This document shows positions 26,209 through 35,012 of a DNA stretch of 64,000 nucleotides, one piece after another. How positions within the stretch are numbered: position 1 is the first letter of the stretch; every line of letters starts with the position of its first letter. A model generated the notes under the pieces. It did not search any database and was not told where the DNA came from. It saw only the letters and a list, made by a program, of their open reading frames with translations. Location of the stretch: assembly GCA_964473255.1 (NCBI GenBank), contig CAYYOT010000003.1, positions 50,449 to 114,448 of the forward strand, written 5' to 3'. The DNA comes from an uncultured Myxococcales bacterium (lineage in GTDB: Bacteria > Myxococcota > Kuafuiibacteriia > Kuafuiibacteriales > Kuafuiibacteriaceae). The translations under genes and the position numbers were made by a program.

Positions 26209-29000
26209 GGACGCGGACCTCGTTCCGCAACACCCAGGAAGACCTCGAACCGATCGCCTTGGGTCACCACGAGGTCGTCGACACCGTCTCCATCGAGGTC
26301 GGCGCTCTCCACGTTCATCGCCTCCAGGCTGTTGTCGATCGTCACCGAGTGCACGGGCGTGAATCGTAACCCGGGACGGTCGAGTTTGACCAAAAACAGG
26401 CCCTCCGAAGACAGCATGGCGACCTCGGTATCCGGTTCGGCATCGGCCTGAATGAGGCTCAGGCTTCGCACGCCGTTCATCTGCGAGGCTTCACCAAGGC
26501 CATCGGCACCGGGCGCGGCCGCGTCCTCGCCTACCGGTGACACCCCGGGCCCGTAGCTTTCGACGCCCCCGGCGAACGCGTCGACCCCCTCCACCGAGCC
26601 CGAGGACCCAGCGTAGGCCGACGGGTCCAAGTCCCAGTAGATACCGAGGCCGGTTTCGCGGGCGGCCGCCCCGAGGTTGGCGAAGACCGAATTGCGGAGC
26701 GGTGACGCATCGAAGCCGTAGGCCACGATCACTTCACGTACGCCGTTGCCGTCCAGGTCGGCGACCTCCAGGTCGGCCGGGACGCCGCCGCGGGGCCCGA
26801 CCAGGCTGGTCCACCAGCAGCCCCCGTCGTCGGTGTTCTGTTGACGGATGAGGAGACTGGCCGAGCAGTCCTGCTCGAAGCACACGGGCTTGTCGATCAG
26901 GAAGAGCGAGTCGGCGGTATCCGTGTCGCGGAGCTTCTCTACCAGGATGCTGGAGGTTCGAAGGTCGAAGCCGACTTCACATTCGGAAAACTCTAGATCC
27001 TCGAAGCCGTCCGACGAGAAGACGCCGGTTCCGTCGCCCGCGACCAGAGAAAGGGTCGTGGCCCGGCCCGAGGCGTCCTCGGTGGTTCGTGTTTGACGGC
27101 CGACCAGCAGGTCCGTCGGCCCGGAGGCAACCTCCCGCAGCGCGCCGGCTCGGACGGTGTAGCTCTGCTGGGCCTCCCCTTCGATCAGATTCCCGATGAA
27201 GGCCACGAGTCGCCCGTCGGTGCTCCCTTCGAGAAACGCGAGCTGCGGCGGGCCCTGCCCGTCCGGCCGGTCCGACGATTGGACGAGAACATCCTCGATC
27301 AAATTCGGCTCCGATGCGCCGAGGAAAAGCGTGGGCTGCAGGTCCTGGATGAAGGCGAGGCGGCCGACCTCCACCGTCGGTCCCGGGGGACCCTGCAGCT
27401 TTCCTGGAGCGAGGAAGAGCGTCGTCTCCTCGCCCTCGACGTCCTCGAACGTCCGCTCGGCGAAGAGCAGGTCGGTCACGAAGTCCCCGTTGAAGTCGCC
27501 CGCGGCCAGCCGCTGGATTGCAGCCGATGTATCGAGTCGGCTGCGGTTCAATAGGGCGCTGCCTCCGGGAAAGAAGGCGCCGGTGCCGACGAAGACGTCG
27601 ACGCCTTCGACGAAGATGCTGGCGGCCGCGATGTCCAGGCTCCCATCGCGGTTCAGGTCTTCGATCACGGCTTCCGTCCAGTCGTCGAGAGCGGCGACGG
27701 CGACGTAATCGTTGCGGAGCGAGGACCAAACGCCCTTGGTCGTGACCTGATCCGGCTGGCCATCACCGTCGAAGTCGCCGAAGGCCAGGGGCCATTCGCG
27801 GGCTTTCAGCGGAATGGCGAGGCGGTCCTCCGCGGCGCGCGCGATGAAGGGCTGGTCGAAGGCGGGACTTGCCCACACGACGACTTCGCGGACGCCGGAC
27901 GAGCGCTCGTAGAGCGCAATGACGTCGTCCTGCGCGTCGCCGGTCACATCAGCCAGATGCAAGGCGGGTTCGGGCGCCCACTCACCGCTCGCGGGGGGCG
28001 TGCGCGAACGGATGGTCGTCAAGGCCGCGTCCGCCAGCGACGCTGGAGGTTCGAGCACGCGGACGGTGATCGACTGCTCTGCCCAGCACGGCGCGACGCA
28101 GTCCTCGGCGACGCCGACCTGGAAGAGCCCCAGCGTGTTCTGTCCCGTGAAGCCGACGACGGCCCACAGTTCGTTCGTGCTCGTCGCGAATCGCTGCTGA
28201 AACCCGGGAAAGCTCTGACCGAACGGAATCGGAAGGGCGGTTCCCGTCGCGGCCCCGTTCTCCTTGAAGAGGCCGTAGCGCGTCCACGCTTCGTTTGGGC
28301 ACGGGCGGGGATCGTCGGCCGTCGGAGTGCAGGGTCCGATGAACGCAAAGACCGAGGGCGCATCTGGCTCGGCCGGGGCGACCGACGGGAACACACGGCT
28401 GGCCGGGGTATCGCTGAGGGTCGTGAGGAACGGCGCCGGCACCAATACCCGGTCCGGCTGCCCGAGCAGAACGAGCGCCCCCGATTCCAAAGGCAGGACG
28501 GCATCGTCGCGACCGTCGAGGTCGACGTCGGCCAGGTCCGCCTGGCCCCCGGTCAGCTGGACCGGAAACTCGAACTCGTCGACGAAGCGTCCGTCACCTT
28601 GTCCGAACCGAACGGAGAGTCCGCGAAGCGTGAACGCGACGAGGTCGGGATGACCATCGCCGTCAACGTCGCCGATCTTGAGCTGAGTGGACGGTCCGAG
28701 GAAGTCTCCGCTCGACACGGCGGGCGTGAAGGACCCGGTCGCCGCTCGACAGGCTCCGTCCTGCCCACAGCCCAGGCCGGTCGGACATGCCGCTCCGCCG
28801 CCTTGAACTCCACAGACGAACCGGCATGCGTTCACGGAGTTGGGATCGCCGCACGCCGTCGCTGGATCCTCGACGAACCCATCACAGTCCTCACCTTCCT
28901 CGAGCACGCCGTTGCCGCAGGCGTTCGGTTCGATGGTCACGAGCTCCGTGCACGCCGTGGCGGCGAACGCGGCGAACAGCCCGGTCTGTATTCGCTTCAT
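26205..29000 (-). CDS. Secreted FG-GAP/VCBS-repeat protein with N-terminal Myxococcus-type cysteine-rich repeats
   Basis: ORF 26205..29165 trimmed to Met56, MKRIQTGLFAAFAATA (signal peptide). ACGNGVLEEGEDCDG is the CGNG..E.GE.CD cysteine-rich repeat typical of Myxococcales. Many DxDGDG motifs (IGDVDGDGHPDLV, GDFDGDGQPD, EDLNRDGSLD, GDFNGDFVTD, ADLDGDGVDD) indicate an FG-GAP/integrin-alpha-like beta-propeller. Confidence 0.7.
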   Translation of the reverse strand: MKRIQTGLFAAFAATACTELVTIEPNACGNGVLEEGEDCDGFVEDPATACGDPNSVNACRFVCGVQGGGAACPTGLGCGQDGACRAATGSFTPAVSSGDFLGPSTQLKIGDVDGDGHPDLVAFTLRGLSVRFGQGDGRFVDEFEFPVQLTGGQADLADVDLDGRDDAVLPLESGALVLLGQPDRVLVPAPFLTTLSDTPASRVFPSVAPAEPDAPSVFAFIGPCTPTADDPRPCPNEAWTRYGLFKENGAATGTALPIPFGQSFPGFQQRFATSTNELWAVVGFTGQNTLGLFQVGVAEDCVAPCWAEQSITVRVLEPPASLADAALTTIRSRTPPASGEWAPEPALHLADVTGDAQDDVIALYERSSGVREVVVWASPAFDQPFIARAAEDRLAIPLKAREWPLAFGDFDGDGQPDQVTTKGVWSSLRNDYVAVAALDDWTEAVIEDLNRDGSLDIAAASIFVEGVDVFVGTGAFFPGGSALLNRSRLDTSAAIQRLAAGDFNGDFVTDLLFAERTFEDVEGEETTLFLAPGKLQGPPGPTVEVGRLAFIQDLQPTLFLGASEPNLIEDVLVQSSDRPDGQGPPQLAFLEGSTDGRLVAFIGNLIEGEAQQSYTVRAGALREVASGPTDLLVGRQTRTTEDASGRATTLSLVAGDGTGVFSSDGFEDLEFSECEVGFDLRTSSILVEKLRDTDTADSLFLIDKPVCFEQDCSASLLIRQQNTDDGGCWWTSLVGPRGGVPADLEVADLDGNGVREVIVAYGFDASPLRNSVFANLGAAARETGLGIYWDLDPSAYAGSSGSVEGVDAFAGGVESYGPGVSPVGEDAAAPGADGLGEASQMNGVRSLSLIQADAEPDTEVAMLSSEGLFLVKLDRPGLRFTPVHSVTIDNSLEAMNVESADLDGDGVDDLVVTQGDRFEVFLGVAERGPRP

Positions 29001-30508
29001 TGGAACGGATCCTCCAGATCGTTGCGGCCCGGCCGACGACGCTTTGGTGTCTTTTTCACCTTGGGCGCCTTCGGAACCGGAGCGAGCTCGACGGCAAGCT
29101 CTTGCTCGCGATCCGGAATGATCGATTTCTCGACCGTCACGTAACCCCGAGCCTGAACGCGCCATGTCACCTCACGGTTCGAGTAGGCTACGCGAATCGT
29201 TGCAGGAAGGTTGCCCAAAACCTGACCGTCTTCAGCAATAACCGATGCTCCTACCGGTGATCCTGTGACCTGGATCGTGATCGAGGTCGGCTCGGGTGCG
29301 ACGGTGGGGGAGGTGGGTGCGGGCTCCATCACGGTCTCGGCTGGGGGGGCCGATCGTTCGAGTTCGTCGGGACCTGGGTCGTCGACGGCGTTCGAAGTCC
29401 AGACCCACGCGCCGAGTCCCGCGCCGAAGGCGACGCCGACGACGGCGGGAACCACCCAGCGCCGGGGCCTCGCGACCGGCGCCGCGCTCTGTGGAACCGA
29501 TGACTCCGAAAGGGCCGTCGCCTCCAACGCGCTGGCCTGGACGTCGGGGGGCGGAAGCGATCCCGAAAGCGGAGACAGGCCGGAAGAGCTGCGCGCCAGC
29601 GGATGGACGAGCTCCGCTTGCACGAGGGCGGTCTCGATGGACTCCGCCGCCAGACCGGCCGACGGCGGACGCTTGTCCGGGTCTTTGTCCAACATGGCGG
29701 CGAGAGCTTGGTCGATCTCCGGGGGCAGTTCGGCTCGCAGCGAAGAGGCCAACGGTGCTGGTGCGCCGACGTGTTTCATGAGGAGTTCCACCGCGCTGTC
29801 GGCGGTGAAGGGCAGCTGTCCCGTCAATAGGCGAAAGCTCAGGACGCCGAAGGCGTACACGTCCGTGCGTCCGTCCACGTCGCGACCGAGGCACTGCTCG
29901 GGAGACATGTATGCGGGAGTCCCGATCGCCGCCCCGGTTTGGGTCTGATGCTCGGTCCAGCTCGGCGGTTCCACGATCTTGGCCACGCCAAAATCCAAGA
30001 GCTTGGGCGTGGTCGTGCCCTCTTCGCGGAGGACGAAGACGTTGGCCGGCTTGAGGTCGCGGTGGATGATTCCCTTGGCGTGGGCGGCGTCCAGCGCGCG
30101 TCCGAGACCATGGACGATCGCAACGATGTCTTCGTAGGGCAGCAGGCTCTGCCTCAGGATGCACTCGTCCAGCGGCTCCCCATCGAGGTACTCCATGATG
30201 AAGTACGGTCGCCCGTCGGGGAGCGCGCCGAAGTCGAAGATGTCGACCACGTTTCGGTGGCGGATCTCGTTGACGGCTCGCGCCTCGGAGAGAAAGCGGC
30301 TCACGACCTGCGGGTCGCCCGAGTAGCGTCGGGCCAGGACCTTCACGGCCGCGGTCTTACCGATCATGTGGTGCGTAGCGCGGTAAACGCGACCAAAAGT
30401 GCCCCCTCCGAGCTCGTGTTCGAGCACGAAGTCCCCGACGCGAGTGCCGGGTTCGAGCCCTTCTTCGCCGATGTCCGGGCCCGGGCTGCCGTGGCCCTGG
30501 GAGGTCAC
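28997..30508 (-). CDS. Ser/Thr protein kinase (Hanks-type) with a C-terminal TM segment and a PEGA-like domain
   Basis: ORF 28997..30943 trimmed to the GTG at 30508. Kinase motifs are present: Gly-loop LGGGTFGRVYRA, Lys AAVKVL, catalytic IIHRDLKPANVFV, then DFGVAK and GTPAYMSPEQ. The C-terminus has a TM segment (VVPAVVGVAFGAGLGAWVW) and the PEGA-like segment ITIQVTGSPVGASVIAEDG. The stop overlaps the FG-GAP gene start. Confidence 0.85.
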   Translation of the reverse strand: MTSQGHGSPGPDIGEEGLEPGTRVGDFVLEHELGGGTFGRVYRATHHMIGKTAAVKVLARRYSGDPQVVSRFLSEARAVNEIRHRNVVDIFDFGALPDGRPYFIMEYLDGEPLDECILRQSLLPYEDIVAIVHGLGRALDAAHAKGIIHRDLKPANVFVLREEGTTTPKLLDFGVAKIVEPPSWTEHQTQTGAAIGTPAYMSPEQCLGRDVDGRTDVYAFGVLSFRLLTGQLPFTADSAVELLMKHVGAPAPLASSLRAELPPEIDQALAAMLDKDPDKRPPSAGLAAESIETALVQAELVHPLARSSSGLSPLSGSLPPPDVQASALEATALSESSVPQSAAPVARPRRWVVPAVVGVAFGAGLGAWVWTSNAVDDPGPDELERSAPPAETVMEPAPTSPTVAPEPTSITIQVTGSPVGASVIAEDGQVLGNLPATIRVAYSNREVTWRVQARGYVTVEKSIIPDREQELAVELAPVPKAPKVKKTPKRRRPGRNDLEDPFQ

Positions 30509-30601
30509 CGCCGAACTAATCCCATCGACCGCGACGAAAGGAAAGAAGTCGTCCCCAGGTGTTGCGTGACCCGCCGCCGTAGACCTAGGTTCCCCGACCA
30601 C

Positions 30602-31852
30602 ATGGCGTTCGAATTCAAGCTTCCCGACATCGGCGAGGGGGTGCAGGAGGGCGAGATCGTCCAGTGGCTGGTCAAGCCCGGAGACGTCGTGGAAGCCGAC
30701 CAGCCGATGCTCGAGGTGATGACCGACAAAGCCACCGTCGTCATCGCGGCGCCTCGTGCGGGCACGATCCGCGAAGTGCGGGGGGCCGAGGGCGACATCG
30801 TCCAGGTCCACTCCGTCGTTGCGCTGATCGACGATGGGTCCGGCGGCGACGCGACTCCGGCACCCCCGGCCTCCGCTCAGACCCGGGCTCCGATGGCGGC
30901 AGCGGCGGTCGCCGCGTCCTCCGCACCTCGCACGGCGCCGCAACCCCCCCCCTCAGCGTCGGGCGGCGGTCCGGCTCTGGCCGTCGCGGCCGCACCGGCC
31001 ACGCGGCGGCTCGCTCGCGAGCTCGGGGTCGTGCTCGGCCAGATCGAGGGGACTGGGCCCAAGGGTCGGGTCATGGCCGAAGACGTGCGCCGCGCTGCGT
31101 CTGCCCCCGCCGAGGGACCGAAGCTTCGACTGGCGTCGTCGGCGGCCGAGGATCGCGAACTGCCGGTGCGGGGGCTCCGTCGTCGCATTTGGGAGAACAT
31201 GGCCCGTTCCACGGCTTCGGCCGCCCATTTCACTTTCGTGGAAGAATGCGACTGCACCGAGCTTGTCGCCTTGCGAAGCCGTCTGAACACGCATTTGGCC
31301 GAAGACGATCCGAAGCTCTCGTTCCTCCCTTTCATCGTGAAGGCCGTGGTCTCGGCCCTCCGGCGCGCACCCCACCTCAATGGACAGGTCGACGAAGAGC
31401 GCATGCTCTTCCATCAGCGCGCGGAGGTTCATTTGGGCGTGGCCGTCTCGTCAGACCGCGGACTCTCCGTCCCCGTGCTTCGCCATCCTGACCGCAGATC
31501 GCTCGTCGATATCGCCGGGGAGATCCGACGGCTGGCCGATGCGGTCAGAGACCATACCTTGGGACCCGACGATCTCGGTGGATCGACGTTCACGATCACG
31601 AGTCTCGGCCGCGACGGAGGGCTGTTCGCGACCCCCGTCATCAACCATCCGGAGGTGGCGATCCTCGGGGTTCATCGACTTCGCCGGACCCCGGTGGTTA
31701 CCGATGACGACACCTTCGAAATCCGGTCCGTCATGAATCTTTCGCTCTCTTTCGACCACCGCTGGGTCGATGGGCATGTCGGTGCGGCCTTCACTTATGA
31801 CGTGATTCAGCAGCTCGAGTCGCCCGAACGACTGATGCTCGAGATGACCTGA
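30602..31852 (+). CDS. 2-oxoacid dehydrogenase E2 (dihydrolipoamide acyltransferase) with a single lipoyl domain
   Basis: ORF 29939..31852 trimmed to Met222. The lipoyl domain is MAFEFKLPDIGEGVQEGEIVQWLVKPGDVVEADQPMLEVMTDKATV. There is an Ala/Pro linker and then an E3-binding region (ATRRLARELGVVLGQIEGTGPKGRV). The catalytic domain ends in SLSFDHRWVDG (the DHR motif). Confidence 0.9.
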   Translation: MAFEFKLPDIGEGVQEGEIVQWLVKPGDVVEADQPMLEVMTDKATVVIAAPRAGTIREVRGAEGDIVQVHSVVALIDDGSGGDATPAPPASAQTRAPMAAAAVAASSAPRTAPQPPPSASGGGPALAVAAAPATRRLARELGVVLGQIEGTGPKGRVMAEDVRRAASAPAEGPKLRLASSAAEDRELPVRGLRRRIWENMARSTASAAHFTFVEECDCTELVALRSRLNTHLAEDDPKLSFLPFIVKAVVSALRRAPHLNGQVDEERMLFHQRAEVHLGVAVSSDRGLSVPVLRHPDRRSLVDIAGEIRRLADAVRDHTLGPDDLGGSTFTITSLGRDGGLFATPVINHPEVAILGVHRLRRTPVVTDDDTFEIRSVMNLSLSFDHRWVDGHVGAAFTYDVIQQLESPERLMLEMT

Positions 31853-31866
31853 TCCGCGAGCTGCCC

Positions 31867-31909
31867 TGGCGAGACGAACGGCGCATCCATCGGGCCTCGC
31901 CATTTCTTT
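31867..31909 (+). terminator. Candidate intrinsic terminator after E2: stem TGGCGAG...CTCGCCA followed by TTTCTTT; coordinates approximate
   Basis: A 7-bp stem flanks a 22-nt loop about 15 nt after the E2 stop, followed by a T-rich run. It lies between E2 and the next gene, iclR. Confidence 0.3.
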
Positions 31910-31932
31910 CGAGCAGTGGCAGCATCCCCCGT

Positions 31933-32703
31933 ATGACCGAGGGCGAGCGCAGTTCGGAGTTCGTCGCTTCCCTGTCCAAGGGGCTCAACGTCATCAAGTC
32001 GTTCAGCGCAGAGGCGCCCTCGCTTACCCTTTCGCAGGTTGCCGAACGAACGGGTCTCTCGCGGGCCGCGGCTCGGCGTTTTCTGCTGACACTCGCCGAG
32101 CTCGGGTACGCGGAGAGCGATGGCCGGCGCTTTCGTTTGACCGCTCGCGTGCTGGAATTGGGATTTGCCTATCTGTCGTCGCTGGGTCTGACCGAAGTGA
32201 TCACCCCGGTACTCAAACGTGTGAGCGAAGCCGTCGACGAAAGCTGCTCCGCCTCGGTCTTGGATGGGGCCGAGGTCGTCTATATCGCTCGCGTCCAGAC
32301 CCATCGAATCATGGCCGTCGGGTTGGGCGTGGGGGCACGACTCCCGGCCTACGCAACGAGCATGGGTCGGGTCCTCTTGGCAAACGTCGCCGAGGACAAG
32401 CGCGAGCGCATCCTGGACCAGATCCGCATGGAAAAGTTCACCGACCGGACCGTGACGGACCGAGACGAGCTCACGCGTATTCTTCGACAGGTCCGCGAGG
32501 ACGGCTACTGCATCGTCGATCAGGAGCTGGAGGTTGGCCTGCGGTCCTTGGCCGTCCCTCTACAGGATGGACATGGTCGGGTCCGGGCTGCGATGAACGT
32601 CTCCGGTCACGCCACCCGGATCAGCGTGGAGTCGATGATCGAGCGGTACCTGCCGGTCATGAAGAAGACCGCCGAAGACGTGGCGGTTCTGATACCCACC
32701 TGA
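31933..32703 (+). CDS. IclR-family transcriptional regulator (PcaR/PobR-like)
   Basis: The N-terminal HTH is LTLSQVAERTGLSRAAARRFLLTLAELGY. The C-terminal IclR effector domain includes ASVLDGAEVVYIAR and LRSLAVPLQDGHGRVRAAMNVSG. Confidence 0.85.
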   Translation: MTEGERSSEFVASLSKGLNVIKSFSAEAPSLTLSQVAERTGLSRAAARRFLLTLAELGYAESDGRRFRLTARVLELGFAYLSSLGLTEVITPVLKRVSEAVDESCSASVLDGAEVVYIARVQTHRIMAVGLGVGARLPAYATSMGRVLLANVAEDKRERILDQIRMEKFTDRTVTDRDELTRILRQVREDGYCIVDQELEVGLRSLAVPLQDGHGRVRAAMNVSGHATRISVESMIERYLPVMKKTAEDVAVLIPT

Positions 32704-32709
32704 GCAGCG

Positions 32710-33339
32710 TCAATCGAAGCGGTCGATGGGGTTCAGCTCCAGCGTGTGGTCGACTTTTTCGAGGTCGTCGATGAGACCCGTCTTCATGTCGTAGACCCAT
32801 CCGTGCAGGACCGGACCTTGACGTTCCTTCCAGGCCTTCTGCACGATCGAGGTGCGGGCGAGATTCCGCACCTGCTCGCGTACGTTGAGTTCGACCAGCT
32901 TGGCTTGCAGCGCTTCGGGGTCGTCGCTCAGCGGGTCGAGTTCGTCGGCGTGAAGCCGATAAACGTCTTTGATGTTGCGAAGCCACTTGTTGAGAAGGCC
33001 GAGATCCGAGGAGGTCAAGGCCGCTTTGACGCCGTCGCAGCCGAAGTGGCCGCACAGAATAACGTGATTCACCTTGAGCGTTTGGACTGCGTACTGAAGT
33101 ACCCCCAAGAGGTTGAAGTCGGTGTGAACGACCATGTTGGCGATGTTGCGGTGAATCAGGATTTCGCCCAGGTGCGTCCCCGTGAGCTCACTGGGGGGCA
33201 CGCGGCTATCGGCACATCCGATCCACAGGAACTCGGGGTGCTCGGCCTTGGCCACGTTTGGCAGGTACTGCGGGTCGTTTTTGTTGACCGATTCCGCCCA
33301 CGCCTTGTTCTCGAGGAGGAGCTTTTCGTAGGAGATCAC
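32710..33339 (-). CDS. can: Beta-class carbonic anhydrase
   Basis: ORF 32710..33900 trimmed to the GTG at 33339, with the RBS aagggag upstream. It aligns along its length with E. coli Can (FLWIGCADSRVP...LGEILIHRNIANMV..NHVILCGHFGCDGV..LGLLNKWL..HGWVYDMKTGL). The Zn ligands are CxD(x)R...HxxC. The N-terminal 187 aa of the ORF are junk. Confidence 0.85.
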   Translation of the reverse strand: MISYEKLLLENKAWAESVNKNDPQYLPNVAKAEHPEFLWIGCADSRVPPSELTGTHLGEILIHRNIANMVVHTDFNLLGVLQYAVQTLKVNHVILCGHFGCDGVKAALTSSDLGLLNKWLRNIKDVYRLHADELDPLSDDPEALQAKLVELNVREQVRNLARTSIVQKAWKERQGPVLHGWVYDMKTGLIDDLEKVDHTLELNPIDRFD

Positions 33340-34919
33340 GCGGCTCTCCCTTCGTGGGTCTGAGCTTCGCCTTCCGGCGACAGCTTGAAGTATGGATTGA
33401 ACGCGCCGGGGCGGCGCTTGAGCTCGACCGAGATACCGCGGTCCGGAGCCGTGTTGCAAAAGTCCATGATAGTCTCGACCACGTCGTCGTCCAGGAACTC
33501 CGTCTTCGTTCCGTCGATGATGACGTAGCTGCCTTCGTCGATCCGACTGAACAGGCTTCGGAGGTCCGCCTTGTTGAGAAAGGACACGGTGCGATTCAGC
33601 TTGACCAGATAGCGAGAGCCATCCTGGGTCACGTTGATTGCCGCATGATAGTTCGTCTTCACGACGAAGAACAGACCGACGGCGAGTCCGATGATGATGC
33701 CTATCAAAAGGTCGGTGAAGTAGATGGCGACGATCGTGGTGACGAAGGGAATGAATTGATTCCAACCTCGGGCCCAGGCCGAGCGGTACAGCTGGGGTCG
33801 ATTCAGCTTGAAGCCGACGATCAGCAAGATCGCGGCCAACGAGGACAGCGGAATCATGTTGGCCAGCTGTGCCGCGAAAACCAGGGCCAACAGCAGCCAC
33901 AGACCATGGAGAATGGCCGAGGTTTGACTCATCGCGCCCGCGCTCACGTTGGCCGAGCTGCGGACGATGACCGCCGTCATCGGCAGGCCGCCCAGCAGGC
34001 CAGCCATCAGGTTGCCGGCACCTTGGGCTTTGAGCTCTCGATTGGGCGGCGTCACCCGCTTCAGGGGATCAAGCTTGTCGGTGGCCTCGATGCTGAGGAG
34101 GGTTTCCAGGCTGGCCACGATCGCCAGGATGACCGCCGTACCGTAGATGTCCCCCGAGGACAGGACGGAAAAATCAGGTCGGGTCAGGAGGCTCGCGACG
34201 TCCGTGACGGAGTCGGCGACCGGCAAGGATACGAGTTGTTCGGGGCTGAGAACCCAACCTGCCCCGACGGACCCGTAGACTCCGTTCAGCACCGCACCGA
34301 CGATCACGACGACCAAGGGGCCCGGCAGGAGCTTCGACCAGGCCTTCCCTCTGACCCACTTGGAGTCCCAGACCAAGAGTATGGCCAAAGATACGACGGT
34401 GATCAGCACCGCCCCCGGTGCGACGTGTTCGCCTGCGCGTAGCATGGCGCTGATCGTGGTCTCGCCGTCCGGCTGCCGAAACATCAGGTCGCCCTCGGGG
34501 TCGGCGTCCCAGCCCACGGCGTGGGGGATCTGCTTCATGATCAGGATGATGCCGATCGCGGCGAGCATGCCCTTGATCACGGCATCGGGAATGAAGTCGC
34601 CGAGCAGGCCGGCGCGAAGGTACCCGAAGGCCAGCTGGATGATGCCCGACAGCGCGACGGCCACGACGAACGCCTCGTATCCGTGATGCTCGATCGCCTC
34701 GAGGACGACGATCGCCAGCCCGGCCGCGGGGCCGCTCACGGCGAGTGCGGACCCGGACAAGGCACCCGCGACGAGGCCGCCGACGATCCCGGTGATCACG
34801 CCGCCGACCAGTGGGGCGCCGGACGCCAGCGCGATCCCGAGGCACAGCGGTAGCGCCACCAGGAAAACGACGACCGACGCCGGTACGTCGTCCCGCAGGG
34901 TCGAAAGGCGCGACCGCAT
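33336..34919 (-). CDS. SulP-family anion (sulfate/bicarbonate) transporter with a C-terminal STAS domain
   Basis: It has about eleven TM helices with the SulP signature region (GPAAGLAIVVLEAI, LETLLSIEATDKL, GAGNLMAGLLGGLPMTAVIVRSSANV). The STAS domain is LVKLNRTVSFLNKADL...YVIIDG. The stop overlaps the GTG of the downstream carbonic anhydrase (GTGA). Confidence 0.9.
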   Translation of the reverse strand: MRSRLSTLRDDVPASVVVFLVALPLCLGIALASGAPLVGGVITGIVGGLVAGALSGSALAVSGPAAGLAIVVLEAIEHHGYEAFVVAVALSGIIQLAFGYLRAGLLGDFIPDAVIKGMLAAIGIILIMKQIPHAVGWDADPEGDLMFRQPDGETTISAMLRAGEHVAPGAVLITVVSLAILLVWDSKWVRGKAWSKLLPGPLVVVIVGAVLNGVYGSVGAGWVLSPEQLVSLPVADSVTDVASLLTRPDFSVLSSGDIYGTAVILAIVASLETLLSIEATDKLDPLKRVTPPNRELKAQGAGNLMAGLLGGLPMTAVIVRSSANVSAGAMSQTSAILHGLWLLLALVFAAQLANMIPLSSLAAILLIVGFKLNRPQLYRSAWARGWNQFIPFVTTIVAIYFTDLLIGIIIGLAVGLFFVVKTNYHAAINVTQDGSRYLVKLNRTVSFLNKADLRSLFSRIDEGSYVIIDGTKTEFLDDDVVETIMDFCNTAPDRGISVELKRRPGAFNPYFKLSPEGEAQTHEGRAA

Positions 34920-35012
34920 TGGAACAGCGTTAGGGACGATCGTGCGTCGGGTCTAGCTGCAAACGTACGACTCGACGCGCCATGGGGCCCGGGGAATCCG
35001 AGCAGCCGCCCG

